In this document: positions 8,508 through 17,906 of the stretch, in pieces
Numbering within the stretch: position 1 is the first letter of the stretch
Layout of the letters: every line of letters starts with the position of its first letter
Virus record (IMG/VR): IMGVR_UViG_3300006790_000049
Coordinates: 1 to 37,003 of that record
Reading direction: 5' to 3' (one strand)
DNA from: a virus
Lineage: Duplodnaviria; Caudoviricetes
Length of the DNA: 37,003 bases
Notes under the pieces: model-generated
Told to the model about the DNA's origin: nothing
Database searches by the model: none
Seen by the model: only the letters and a program-made list of their open reading frames with translations
Position numbers and translations under genes: made by a program

Positions 8508-11500
8508 TATCTTCTACCTGCTAAAATTGCTGCGTCTGTATCTCCTCTTATAAGCGCTGCTTGTTGATCTGCATTGAGGTTACTTCTATCTGTTACATTA
8601 ACGGCTTCTCTTTCAACACTAAAGTCTCTACCTGCTGGTCCACCCTCCGTTTGTAATACCTCTTGAGCGTTAACTAAGAAAGGATTGTTTCGAGGAGCCT
8701 GTATTGATTGATCTATTATTTCATTAATAGCTTCTTGGTTTTCTTCTTTAAATCCGTAGATGCTAGCTGGTGTACTATCAACCATACCATTTTCCATTAT
8801 AGCAGCTTCTAATAAAACTCTATCAGGAGCCTGTTGGTCTACAGTTTCGTAGGCAAGAATATCACCTTGTCTATCATATTTAGGTCTACTCATGCTTGCT
8901 TGACCCATATTAGGTGAACCATTTGTTCCAAGAATAACATAGTCTAATAACTCAATATCAGTTAAATCTTCTAAACCACCACCAAGCTCACCTGCATTTG
9001 CTTTTTTAACTAAGTTGTTAAAATAGTTTATAGTTCGTAGATCATTATTCATCGATGATTGACCAGGTTGTCTTTGTAACATTGGCATATCTACACCGCC
9101 CTGTGTTATACTTACATCAGGCATTTCTGAAACAGCACCATCACTATCTAAAATAGTATAATAAGATTCTGTTGCTCTAATTGTATTGATTAAGTTAGCT
9201 CGTTGTAATGCTCGTTCTGTTCCTTCTCCCATAACTGTTTTAATTTTACTAAGTTGAGTAGGGTTTCCTAAAAATTTAGAAAATCTGTTACTAAATAAAA
9301 CTAATCCTGCTGTTGCTAGCGGGCTTGTAACAACACCGCCTATAACAAAAGCATTTGCAATTGATTTTACACCACCTAAAACACCACGACGTTTTACGAA
9401 GTCAGATACATCACTAATATCAAAACTGTTTACCAAAGAAGCAATATCTAATGTTTCTTGTAAATCTTTATATGCTTTTTGTCCGTTCTGTCCCATAGCA
9501 TCAAACATAGCAATAACAGCCTCTCTGTTTGTTCTGTCTTGTATTTTACTGCCTTGTTCAATTGGAAGCATACCTAGTTGTTTTCTTAAATTATCAACGT
9601 TAAATATTGGTACAAATTCACTGTCATGAACTTGACCTCCTGCACCTGAAACTTGTGTAGTGCCTCCTCCTGGAACATTTCCTTTTACGCCCATACGAGC
9701 AGAAGATCTATTTCTTTTAAAAGGGGTTTCGATAATCTCAGTGTTTTGACCTATAATTTTATTAAGATAAGTCGCAGCAAGATTAGCAAAATTCTTTTTA
9801 CCAAGTTGTTCACTTATTTCTTTAATGGCCATCGGTGACATTGCTGTAGCTTCTGTCATCACACGATTGAAAATTTGATCTGGCATTAAACTACCTGGTT
9901 TGAATGGTGCACCAGGTGCAAAAATATTTCTATTTACTTGTTGAGCGGCTTTACCAATTCCTCTTTGTCCTGCGTTAAATCCGAACATTTCTATGTTGTT
10001 CATATAAAACTCATTAGCATCACGAAGAGCTTTAATAGAGCTTTGTGCAATTATTTCATTTGGACCTGTAAGTTTTTTCCAATTTTTATAATCATTTAGA
10101 CCATGTTCTAAATTATCTTTTAAATAAGCAAGTGTACCTTGAGGATCTATACCAACTTGAGACATTGCTCCATCACCTTTACCACCAAATCCTCTAATAG
10201 CACCATTAAGTTGTGCTTGTAGTTGTCTAAATTGTTTTAAAGTTAAATGTTCTGGAACTGATCCGAGAGCCGTGAGCAGTTTCATGCCTGTCGTTGGATC
10301 TCCTACTTTAAGCATGTTAAATAACTGACCTGTATTTTGAATCCATTGTCCGTCAGGAGCAGTTGCACTTAATGGTATGTCTCCGCCATTAATACTTTTA
10401 GCAAATGATTGAACCCATTCTTTTAAGTTAGCTGTTGGAATAAAAGCTTCATCTATTTTTGATGCTTGATTAAAGAAACTGTTATACATAATAGCGTTGG
10501 TCGCTCTAAATTTACTAACGTTTTTAGAGAAAGCATCGAACGCTTCCTTACCAGCCCATTGCATTCCTCTTAATGTTGTCATGCCAGGAGATAATGTACT
10601 CATAATATCCTGAATACGTTGATTGATAGCTACACGAGCTTCTGCTTGTGATTGTCTAAGTGGTCCACCTACTGCTGGAAATACACCTATAATTTTTGAA
10701 TAGGCTTTTACCCAGTCTGCTTCACTGGCTGCTACTTTACTTAATGGAATGTTTTGTCTTGCTGCTTTTTCAACTGCTTCAACTGATACGTTTGATCTAA
10801 AACCTAGAGGATAATTAATAGCGTATTTTTTTATCCCCTGTGCAATTGGTCCGAGGCCAGCGGCTCCCATTCCAATCATCATTTCTAATTCAGCGTCACG
10901 TAAAGCTCCTCGTTGCATTTCACTTATACTTGCTGAGTCTTGTCCTTGCGTATATGCATACATTTTATTAAGTAAAGAATAAGCACTATCGGCTGCATAA
11001 GATATTGGTCCAGCACTAGCTCCAGCAACAGCCATTTGTTTTGCTGTTCCCCATTTACCTTCTCCAAATTTAGCTAACCAAGGGTAAAATTTAGGCAACC
11101 ATCTCATCTTTCCTGGTTCTTTCATTTTTATTCTTTTAGCTTCCATCATTTTAGACATTAAATATGTATCGGCTCCAATGATTGCACTTATTCTTGTTAA
11201 CTGACGAGGATCTTCTGGTAATAACTTACGAGCTGTCTTGCCCATATCATTAGCAAAATCACTTAAAGTATAAGGATCAAATCCTGGTAGCAATGTTCCT
11301 AAACTATCATTAAATCTATATTCTTGTTTACCACCTTTATATACGCCAATAGCAGAATCAAATCCAATTGGATCTATTCGTCGTTGTTCTGCCAGCTCTC
11401 CTGCTTTTTGTAATTTTCTTGCATTAAGAATAGCGTCAGGTGGATTAAACTGTGCCATATAATCAATAAGTTTAGGAGGCATTTCGCCATATTCAACATT

Positions 11501-11689
11501 CAATTGATTGCTTGCACCATCTAGTAAATATTGCATGTATATCTTTTTTTCCATTTCGTTACGAGGAAAGTATGAATCATCGTATTCTTTACCATCATTA
11601 CCTGTGGCATATTTTGGCACATCAAATACCAATGGTTCGGGCAGCCCGTAGTCTGCTAAATTTAAAGTTTTTCTAACTGTATCAGCCAT
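8507..11689 (-). CDS. Large probable internal virion/DNA-ejection protein
   Basis: 1060 aa, helical A/G-rich with mildly hydrophobic segments; position downstream of the nozzle matches podovirus ejection proteins. No catalytic motif recognised. Confidence 0.55.
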   Translation of the reverse strand: MADTVRKTLNLADYGLPEPLVFDVPKYATGNDGKEYDDSYFPRNEMEKKIYMQYLLDGASNQLNVEYGEMPPKLIDYMAQFNPPDAILNARKLQKAGELAEQRRIDPIGFDSAIGVYKGGKQEYRFNDSLGTLLPGFDPYTLSDFANDMGKTARKLLPEDPRQLTRISAIIGADTYLMSKMMEAKRIKMKEPGKMRWLPKFYPWLAKFGEGKWGTAKQMAVAGASAGPISYAADSAYSLLNKMYAYTQGQDSASISEMQRGALRDAELEMMIGMGAAGLGPIAQGIKKYAINYPLGFRSNVSVEAVEKAARQNIPLSKVAASEADWVKAYSKIIGVFPAVGGPLRQSQAEARVAINQRIQDIMSTLSPGMTTLRGMQWAGKEAFDAFSKNVSKFRATNAIMYNSFFNQASKIDEAFIPTANLKEWVQSFAKSINGGDIPLSATAPDGQWIQNTGQLFNMLKVGDPTTGMKLLTALGSVPEHLTLKQFRQLQAQLNGAIRGFGGKGDGAMSQVGIDPQGTLAYLKDNLEHGLNDYKNWKKLTGPNEIIAQSSIKALRDANEFYMNNIEMFGFNAGQRGIGKAAQQVNRNIFAPGAPFKPGSLMPDQIFNRVMTEATAMSPMAIKEISEQLGKKNFANLAATYLNKIIGQNTEIIETPFKRNRSSARMGVKGNVPGGGTTQVSGAGGQVHDSEFVPIFNVDNLRKQLGMLPIEQGSKIQDRTNREAVIAMFDAMGQNGQKAYKDLQETLDIASLVNSFDISDVSDFVKRRGVLGGVKSIANAFVIGGVVTSPLATAGLVLFSNRFSKFLGNPTQLSKIKTVMGEGTERALQRANLINTIRATESYYTILDSDGAVSEMPDVSITQGGVDMPMLQRQPGQSSMNNDLRTINYFNNLVKKANAGELGGGLEDLTDIELLDYVILGTNGSPNMGQASMSRPKYDRQGDILAYETVDQQAPDRVLLEAAIMENGMVDSTPASIYGFKEENQEAINEIIDQSIQAPRNNPFLVNAQEVLQTEGGPAGRDFSVEREAVNVTDRSNLNADQQAALIRGDTDAAILAGRR

Positions 11690-11961
11690 TATTTTCTAGC
11701 CTTTCCATATCCTCGTGTTGCAATTCTACCTGCCATTCCACCTTTAGCTTTTTTGTTTTTAGCAGCTTTAGCAGCTGCAATTTTTGCTTTCATTTGTTTT
11801 CTTTTCTCCTCAATAGTTATGCCTCCAAGCATTTTAGTTTGCTTTTGTTTTGCTTTAGCTCTTTGAGATTCAAATTCCTCTTTAGTCACTTCTCTTCCAT
11901 TATAAAAATAAGTAACAACACCATCGAGTGTTTTTTTTCTAAAATTATTTACATCAGCCAT
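11689..11961 (-). CDS. Small Lys/Ala-rich basic protein
   Basis: 90 aa ending KKAKGGMAGRIATRGYGKARK; overlaps both neighbours. Confidence 0.65.
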   Translation of the reverse strand: MADVNNFRKKTLDGVVTYFYNGREVTKEEFESQRAKAKQKQTKMLGGITIEEKRKQMKAKIAAAKAAKNKKAKGGMAGRIATRGYGKARK

Positions 11962-13975
11962 CTGTTAACAACGTATTTTTCTCAGGAGCAGATCCTTGGT
12001 TTGGTAGTGAGTAGTCTCTAAACGATTTAAAGCCACCTATAATTGTTTCTATTTCATCATCATTAAATCCTAATAGTTTTAATTGTTCTCTGTTATTATA
12101 TATAATTGGTAGAGCCTTACCGCTTGCAATACGTTGCAACATAAATCCTCTAAGTAATTTTTGATCTGTTTCATTGCCTGCTGTGCCGTAGAATAAACCA
12201 ACTGTTTCAAATTGACTTTTTGCTGCTGCTTTTAATTCGTTAATAACAAACTCTAGTTTAGTTGTAACCCCTTTAGACGACTCACCATAAAGGTTTAATG
12301 TAGCTGCTGCTCTTTCAATATCGTCTTTGTTTAATCGACCTGATGCTTTACGAGCTCTTGCTAGTGCATAAATAATTGCAGTAGAAGCAGCTTCGTTGAG
12401 AGGTAGATCTTTTTGAAATTGCATTAATCCGAATAAATCATCTGCTTCTTTTCCACCCAACTTCATACCACTAGGTAATGTAATTTCATCTTTACCGTTT
12501 GCTCTTGCTTCTTGTAAGTTAGCAAAATCGTTTTTCATTATTTCATAAGCAATGTTTGTAGCATTTTTTAAATTAGTTGCTGTTTGATCATCAAATATTT
12601 TTATATCTTTACCGTTGATATTAACAATAGCTCCCTTACCGTCATCTGTAATTAAATCAGTAGGTAAAAGTAGTTGTCCTGATTTAGGCATAAAAGACTG
12701 ATTAAAGCTTTTATCATTCTTTAATCTATTTTTTACATCATCATTAAAGAAACTTGTTCTAAAGTCTTTTACAATCTGTAGTTTATCTTGTGTCCAACTT
12801 AAAAATGCTCCTGTAAATCCTGCAAATTCTGGGTTTAACACAAGACTGTTTTGTACGTTAAGAGCCATGTCAATAACTCGATCGTAGTTATCAATTTCGT
12901 TTTTAATTTCAATAAACTTGTTAGGGCTTGTAAGTTTTGTACCACCTTTAGAAGCTGTGTCAGATGTTGGGTCTGTTGACGTAGGGTTAGTATAGCCAAG
13001 AAGTTTATAGTTAACCATAACTGGAAAACCATTTTTATCTACAGCAGTTGGGTGCTGTACAAACAATTTATCGTCTTGATACATTCCAATTATAGGACCC
13101 ACTAGGCTGCCGTCCTCTGCTTCAAATACATAATCATCCACGTCTGTATTGTATTTGTCTCTAAACTCTTCTTTCATCATTTCAAACTGTGTAGAATTAT
13201 GTTCATTTGCAGCTTTTGCTTCTGCCTTAGCTAGATCTAAATTAGAGTCATATATTTTTTCTATTAAACTTTTTTCGTTTTGTTCATTTTGCAAAAATAT
13301 TTGTGATGCTAAATTTAATCGTGTTGCCTCTTCTTCTTTTTGTGCGTTAAACACAGCCGTACGTCTTTCTTTTGCATCTTTTCTTTTTGCCGCTTGTATG
13401 CCCGCTAAATCAGTTGTTAATTGTTTACCTGCATTAGCTATTACAGCTCCCATTTGTCCGCCTATTGTAGGCTGCATCAAGTTTAATCCAAAGTTAGCAA
13501 GTGCTAATCTTCTTTCTGTTTTATAATCTTCTTTTGGATACAACTCATTTAATTCTTCTATTGTTGTTTGAGGTGCATATTCATCTAAAAATGCTTCTAG
13601 TTCTTCATCAGTTGTTGTTACACTTTCTTTTTGTGCATCTGTTAAAGTAGGCATTGCTTCATCAGCAGTCATAAAGTCTGATGCTGTATACGTGGTATTG
13701 TATTTTTCATGTAATTTCATTAGCCCTTGAATCATTTCATCATTGCTAACCATTGTCTGATCAATAGGAATACCACCTATTGTTAAATCTTTATCGTTAT
13801 TATTAAGGGATGCTGCTTCTGCGGCCAACGCATCATTCATGCTGTCTAAATCTAAATCATCAACAGATACATTATCGGGACTAACCCCTGTAGGAACAGG
13901 AATAGGACCTCCTGCTGGAGATCGTGATCCACCAAACGAATCAAATTCGTAAAGATCTGATAGCCCTTTAGCCAT
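11954..13975 (-). CDS. Probable internal virion/ejection protein
   Basis: 673 aa with acidic N-terminus, LALANFGLNLM segment and then a coiled coil; position in ejection cluster. Confidence 0.55.
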   Translation of the reverse strand: MAKGLSDLYEFDSFGGSRSPAGGPIPVPTGVSPDNVSVDDLDLDSMNDALAAEAASLNNNDKDLTIGGIPIDQTMVSNDEMIQGLMKLHEKYNTTYTASDFMTADEAMPTLTDAQKESVTTTDEELEAFLDEYAPQTTIEELNELYPKEDYKTERRLALANFGLNLMQPTIGGQMGAVIANAGKQLTTDLAGIQAAKRKDAKERRTAVFNAQKEEEATRLNLASQIFLQNEQNEKSLIEKIYDSNLDLAKAEAKAANEHNSTQFEMMKEEFRDKYNTDVDDYVFEAEDGSLVGPIIGMYQDDKLFVQHPTAVDKNGFPVMVNYKLLGYTNPTSTDPTSDTASKGGTKLTSPNKFIEIKNEIDNYDRVIDMALNVQNSLVLNPEFAGFTGAFLSWTQDKLQIVKDFRTSFFNDDVKNRLKNDKSFNQSFMPKSGQLLLPTDLITDDGKGAIVNINGKDIKIFDDQTATNLKNATNIAYEIMKNDFANLQEARANGKDEITLPSGMKLGGKEADDLFGLMQFQKDLPLNEAASTAIIYALARARKASGRLNKDDIERAAATLNLYGESSKGVTTKLEFVINELKAAAKSQFETVGLFYGTAGNETDQKLLRGFMLQRIASGKALPIIYNNREQLKLLGFNDDEIETIIGGFKSFRDYSLPNQGSAPEKNTLLTDG

Positions 13976-13976
13976 C

Positions 13977-14912
13977 TTAGCTTCCTGTCATTCCACCATA
14001 TGCTTGAAGACCCGTAATACCAGCACCAATAGCACCGAGTAATGGGTTAGTATATGGTTGAGGAGTTTGTAACATTGTTTGAGACATACTTGGTGTACGA
14101 GATAAAATATCTGACATAAAGCCAAGTCTTTGATAAGGCTCTCTCGCTCTTTCCTGATTAAATCTATAAGTTTCATCTTGCATTTGTTGATCTCTTTGTC
14201 TTCTGATACCACCAATATTAAGTAAGGATCCTAAGCCTTGCTGTCCTAACTGTTGCATTTGTGCACCCATGTTAGCTTGCTGTGTTCCTAATTGACCGTA
14301 TTGATTAGCTGCTGCTAATTGATTAGCTTGGTTTTGATTAAAAGTGTTTATTGCATTACCTTGAGCTTGTTGAAAGTTCTGTGATAAGTCTTGAAATATA
14401 CGTTGTGATGCCATGTCAGCTAAACCTTTTTGAGCTTCTGCTTGTGCAACTCCGTATCTACTTCCGCCAAACACACCACCTTGTACTGCATCACCAGCCA
14501 TTTTGTTCATCTGTTTCTGGAACTGTTCATTCATTTGTTCTAACGCTTTGTTAGTAACATTCTGTTGATATTGATTCATGAATCCTGACACGTTTGATGT
14601 CGAAGGATCGTATTGTTGTTGTGCTGCTTGTAGAGGAGCTATGCCTTGGCCGATAGTAGCCATTCCAGTATCAAGATATTGTTTGTAAGCAGGATCTCCT
14701 GTACTCATTCCTGTTGCAGGATCAATACCCATTTGACCAGCACCAAAATTAAATGCTGCTGTTTCTGCTAAATCAAAATCAGCGATGCCTCTTCTTTCAG
14801 AAGGCATTGGTTGATCGCCACGTTTAAAAGTAGATTCTAATAAACGACGTCTATAGTCTTCTAAGAAAGGAGCTTCTCTTTGACCTGTATATTGTATATT
14901 TGGACTAGCCAT
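13977..14912 (-). CDS. Gln-rich helical DNA pilot/ejection-type protein
   Basis: 311 aa, Q/A/G/M-rich, GGVFGGSRYGVAQAE motif, hydrophobic Gly-rich C-terminus (LLGAIGAGITGLQAYG). Confidence 0.6.
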   Translation of the reverse strand: MASPNIQYTGQREAPFLEDYRRRLLESTFKRGDQPMPSERRGIADFDLAETAAFNFGAGQMGIDPATGMSTGDPAYKQYLDTGMATIGQGIAPLQAAQQQYDPSTSNVSGFMNQYQQNVTNKALEQMNEQFQKQMNKMAGDAVQGGVFGGSRYGVAQAEAQKGLADMASQRIFQDLSQNFQQAQGNAINTFNQNQANQLAAANQYGQLGTQQANMGAQMQQLGQQGLGSLLNIGGIRRQRDQQMQDETYRFNQERAREPYQRLGFMSDILSRTPSMSQTMLQTPQPYTNPLLGAIGAGITGLQAYGGMTGS

Positions 14913-15778
14913 TATCTCATTCCTTTCGGGCTTCTGTTTGATTCAGGGTCTAATTTATTCATTAAGTTATACATTGCTTGAGGACCACCTGCGTTGTCAA
15001 CTGCTTTCGCTGTAAATACAAACTCACCATCACTTAACATTGCTGGTATCTTATCTTCTTTTGGTCCACCAGGACCATTAATCATACCATTTTTTCTTGG
15101 AAAGTTTTTATGCGGATTACCTCCTGAAGCTAAGTTAACTATACCACCCATTGCTAAAGGTTTTAAACCTTTTTCTGCATCAGGTGTGTAATTGGAATAA
15201 ATACCATCTGCTGTTATTTGATCATAGTACTTTCCGTCAGCAGGATTGAAAAACATTTTTTCTACTAACGTGTCCGTGTAATCACCTGTGCCGTACCGTG
15301 AACCGTATCGTTTATCTACTGCTGTCATTGGATTTGTATCTACTGGTTCAGGTTTATCTGCTTTGTAAGCTATGTAACTTCCAAGTGCTGGAAGTAAAGC
15401 TGATGCTATACCACCAAGTGCGGTTGGCGTAGCATTTCCTTCTGCATCTTTTCCAACAAAACCACTTCCTATAGTTTTTGCTAAATTAAATCCTTTTTGT
15501 CCAAGACCTAAAATACCTCTTCCTGGAATAATTCCACTTGTACCTGGTGCAGTGGTTGCTGCTTGACCAGCAAAGTTCCCTAATAAACTTTTTCCAAAAC
15601 TTCCTAGTTTAGCTAACGGACCAATTCCACCTGCTGCGCCACCAGCGCCGCCGAACATTCCAGCTAACGGACCTGCGCCCATTAAACCTGCTCCACCTAA
15701 TCCTAATGCTGCAATACCCGCAATCGGGGCTGCTTTTTTTGCTACGTCTCTGACTTTTCTAAAAAACTTCTTAAACAT
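14912..15778 (-). CDS. Gly/Ala-rich probable ejection protein with tape-measure-like C-terminal motif
   Basis: Basic N-terminus plus hydrophobic G/A stretch; C-terminal AMGGIV...INGPGGPKEDKIPAMLSDGEFVFTAKAV; AAGGAG RBS. Confidence 0.6.
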   Translation of the reverse strand: MFKKFFRKVRDVAKKAAPIAGIAALGLGGAGLMGAGPLAGMFGGAGGAAGGIGPLAKLGSFGKSLLGNFAGQAATTAPGTSGIIPGRGILGLGQKGFNLAKTIGSGFVGKDAEGNATPTALGGIASALLPALGSYIAYKADKPEPVDTNPMTAVDKRYGSRYGTGDYTDTLVEKMFFNPADGKYYDQITADGIYSNYTPDAEKGLKPLAMGGIVNLASGGNPHKNFPRKNGMINGPGGPKEDKIPAMLSDGEFVFTAKAVDNAGGPQAMYNLMNKLDPESNRSPKGMR

Positions 15779-15858
15779 GTACTCCTTGGCAATTCATGAT
15801 ATTGTCTGATTTTGCAAGGAAGGTCAACCTTGATGTATTAAACCTATTTTATTCTATA

Positions 15859-15887
15859 TTTATAGGCATATTTCCTGTAATGTGCAA
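15859..15887 (-). promoter_or_regulatory. Sigma70-like promoter for the ejection-protein operon
   Basis: Minus strand TTGCAC-attacaggaaatatgcc (17 nt)-TATAAA, about 80 nt upstream of ATG 15778. Confidence 0.55.
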
Positions 15888-16183
15888 TGAGAAATATGAA
15901 TTTTGACATAAAGAAAGTGCCGATGGTCCGTGTGACGTGGCTCGATGCCCGTGATACAGAGACAGGATGGCTTGATATAAAGGATGTTATGGGCGCTCCT
16001 TTGGCTACATGTCAAGAAGTTGGGTGGATGGTTCATAATAATGAGGAGAAAGTAATAATTATGCGGTCATATAGTAGAGATAAAGATGAAATATCAGGTG
16101 GTGGCGCTATTGCTATACCTAAAGGTTGGGTAACAAAAATAGAATATTTAGAGGTGAGTTATGGAGAAAGAAGCAACAATTAA
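15887..16183 (+). CDS. Small beta-rich hypothetical phage protein
   Basis: VRVTWLDA...GW...VGWM...IAIPKGWVTKIEYL pattern recurrent in phages. The true start may be Met 15896. Confidence 0.7.
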   Translation: MRNMNFDIKKVPMVRVTWLDARDTETGWLDIKDVMGAPLATCQEVGWMVHNNEEKVIIMRSYSRDKDEISGGGAIAIPKGWVTKIEYLEVSYGERSNN

Positions 16184-16853
16184 TAGTTTATTTGGCGAGA
16201 CTATTTATTATACATACATAGAAAACAATAACGAAGGTACAGCAAAACATATAGAAAAATTTGTAAAAGAAAAACCAGGTAGAACAGCAGCTACAACTGA
16301 TGTTAAAGGTAATACAATGTTTACTGATTTGGAAGAGGCTAAGGATAATTTACATAAAGATAGTAAATATAAATCATTATTTACCAACATAGCTAAAAAC
16401 ATAAACGCTTTTTTAATAGCAAAAGGATATAGTAAAGATAAATTTGATGCTCATATCACTAAATCATGGGCTACCTATACGGTAAAAGATCAACACATTG
16501 CTAGTCATAAACATACAGCAAGTCATTTTAGTTTTGTTTATTATGTGCGTAATGATGACATGGGCAACATACGATTTGAAAAAGAACTAGCAGCACAGAC
16601 AGGTTTGTTTATACCTCCAACTGACCAGTACATTGTAGACTGGAATCAGTTTAATTTTTCTAGTTACATTTTTCCTGTAAAGACAGGTAACTTTTTAATA
16701 TTTCCAAGTGGATTATTACACTATACCGAAATAAATACAAAAGAAGAACCTAGAATAAGTATAAGTGGTGACGTGTTACTTACGATGAAACCTGGTATCA
16801 AAACAGAACATTGTATACCACATCCAAGTGGCTGGGATACTATTTCAAATTAG
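16161..16853 (+). CDS. 2OG-Fe(II) oxygenase superfamily protein (TIGR02466-like)
   Basis: SWA...HKH...SFVYYV, IFPSGLLHYT and PRISIS give an HxH...H metal triad plus the 2OG-binding Arg; GAGGTG RBS. Confidence 0.85.
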   Translation: MEKEATINSLFGETIYYTYIENNNEGTAKHIEKFVKEKPGRTAATTDVKGNTMFTDLEEAKDNLHKDSKYKSLFTNIAKNINAFLIAKGYSKDKFDAHITKSWATYTVKDQHIASHKHTASHFSFVYYVRNDDMGNIRFEKELAAQTGLFIPPTDQYIVDWNQFNFSSYIFPVKTGNFLIFPSGLLHYTEINTKEEPRISISGDVLLTMKPGIKTEHCIPHPSGWDTISN

Positions 16854-16883
16854 TTGTCAAGAAAACAATTTAAAAAAGATTAC

Positions 16884-16912
16884 TTGATAATTACAGCAGA
16901 CGTGTTTAAATT
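16884..16912 (+). promoter_or_regulatory. Sigma70-like promoter for the 73-aa gene
   Basis: TTGATA-attacagcagacgtgtt (17 nt)-TAAATT in a 95-nt intergenic gap; CAGGAG RBS downstream. Confidence 0.5.
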
Positions 16913-16948
16913 AGATCTCACCCAAAAATTAAATCAACAGGAGATATT

Positions 16949-17170
16949 ATGGAAAATCAAGAAGTATTGAAGGCTATAGCTGTCCTCGCTGATAAGGTGA
17001 GTCGCTATCATGAACGTTTATTAACAGTAGAAAGAGATCAACACAGACATGAAAGTAATTGTACATGTCAATCTAGATCTCCTAGTATGGGTAGACCTTT
17101 AACAGAAGATGAAAGAGTATTTGTTCAAGAAAACATAGCAAAACACAAAGTCGCTGCTACTGGTTCTTAG
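16949..17170 (+). CDS. Small hypothetical protein (coiled coil plus HxxHxxxCxC)
   Basis: 73 aa with strong RBS and its own putative promoter. Confidence 0.65.
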   Translation: MENQEVLKAIAVLADKVSRYHERLLTVERDQHRHESNCTCQSRSPSMGRPLTEDERVFVQENIAKHKVAATGS

Positions 17171-17414
17171 TCTTTCCAAAAACATCAGGTAATTTAGTTA
17201 CCTTTATTTGAACATTAGTTTCTACGTCATTAGACGTAGTAGCTGTGTTTGGATTAGCTATGTCAAGTTTAGCTTCTTCCTCTGATTCATAATCAGCGCC
17301 TGTTAATTTATTTTTAACTTCAACGTGAACTTCGGGCTGTATAATAGGAACCTTTTGTCCCTCAATAACTTGAACACCAATTTGTTCTGAGTCTTGTACT
17401 TTTTTAAATGTCAT
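17157..17414 (-). CDS. Small hypothetical virion-module protein
   Basis: 85 aa; ATGA overlap with upstream gene. Confidence 0.65.
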   Translation of the reverse strand: MTFKKVQDSEQIGVQVIEGQKVPIIQPEVHVEVKNKLTGADYESEEEAKLDIANPNTATTSNDVETNVQIKVTKLPDVFGKTKNQ

Positions 17415-17746
17415 ATTGTGATCTCCATTAAACTTACTAATATTTTTACACCACCTGTTAATTTAATTGCATCAGCTTGTTCCAATACAATAGGTTGTGT
17501 TAATACTTCTGCTTCTGCCCCGTCAGCTAAACTATCTTTATATAGCTCTATTTCTAAATTACTGTTGCTACTGTCCATCATTGTTACTGTCGTAGTAATG
17601 GCACCTCCTGTTTGATTAGACAAACGTATGCTTTTTACTAACGCAGTTGTTGGTGGAACTGGCGGTTGCGAATTCTGATCAGCTGTTGGTACGGTGTATA
17701 TAGTGCCTGTTGCACTGCCAGATCTACTTATAAATAAATCAGCCAA
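17411..17746 (-). CDS. Small beta-rich tail-associated protein
   Basis: 111 aa, IYTVP...TALVKSIRLSN...PIVLEQADAIKL; coupled to neighbours downstream of the nozzle. Confidence 0.6.
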   Translation of the reverse strand: MADLFISRSGSATGTIYTVPTADQNSQPPVPPTTALVKSIRLSNQTGGAITTTVTMMDSSNSNLEIELYKDSLADGAEAEVLTQPIVLEQADAIKLTGGVKILVSLMEITI

Positions 17747-17906
17747 GGAACCACGTCCTTGCTGTCGATTCGTCTTTTAAATCTTGTTGATAACCAAAAT
17801 TTAATTGTTGTACGATTTGCTCTAACAATCTTGTTAATATATCAATTATGGTAGGTTGATATTCAGGAGTTGCTTGAGGAAATCTTGTTGTTGTAATCTT
17901 CGCCAT
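17739..17906 (-). CDS. Small tail-associated protein
   Basis: Start moved to ATG 17906 (TAATG overlap with nozzle stop, GGAGG upstream): MAKITTTRFPQATPEYQ...LLEQIVQQLN. Confidence 0.6.
   Translation of the reverse strand: MAKITTTRFPQATPEYQPTIIDILTRLLEQIVQQLNFGYQQDLKDESTARTWFLG

Noticed and set aside
15857-15864. T4 late promoter TATAAATA on the minus strand
   Set aside because: Single instance noticed in AT-rich DNA, no T4-like genes, and better explained as a sigma70 -10 with a properly spaced -35.
16855-16860. Perfect TTGACA on the minus strand
   Set aside because: No acceptable -10 hexamer at 16-18 nt spacing.
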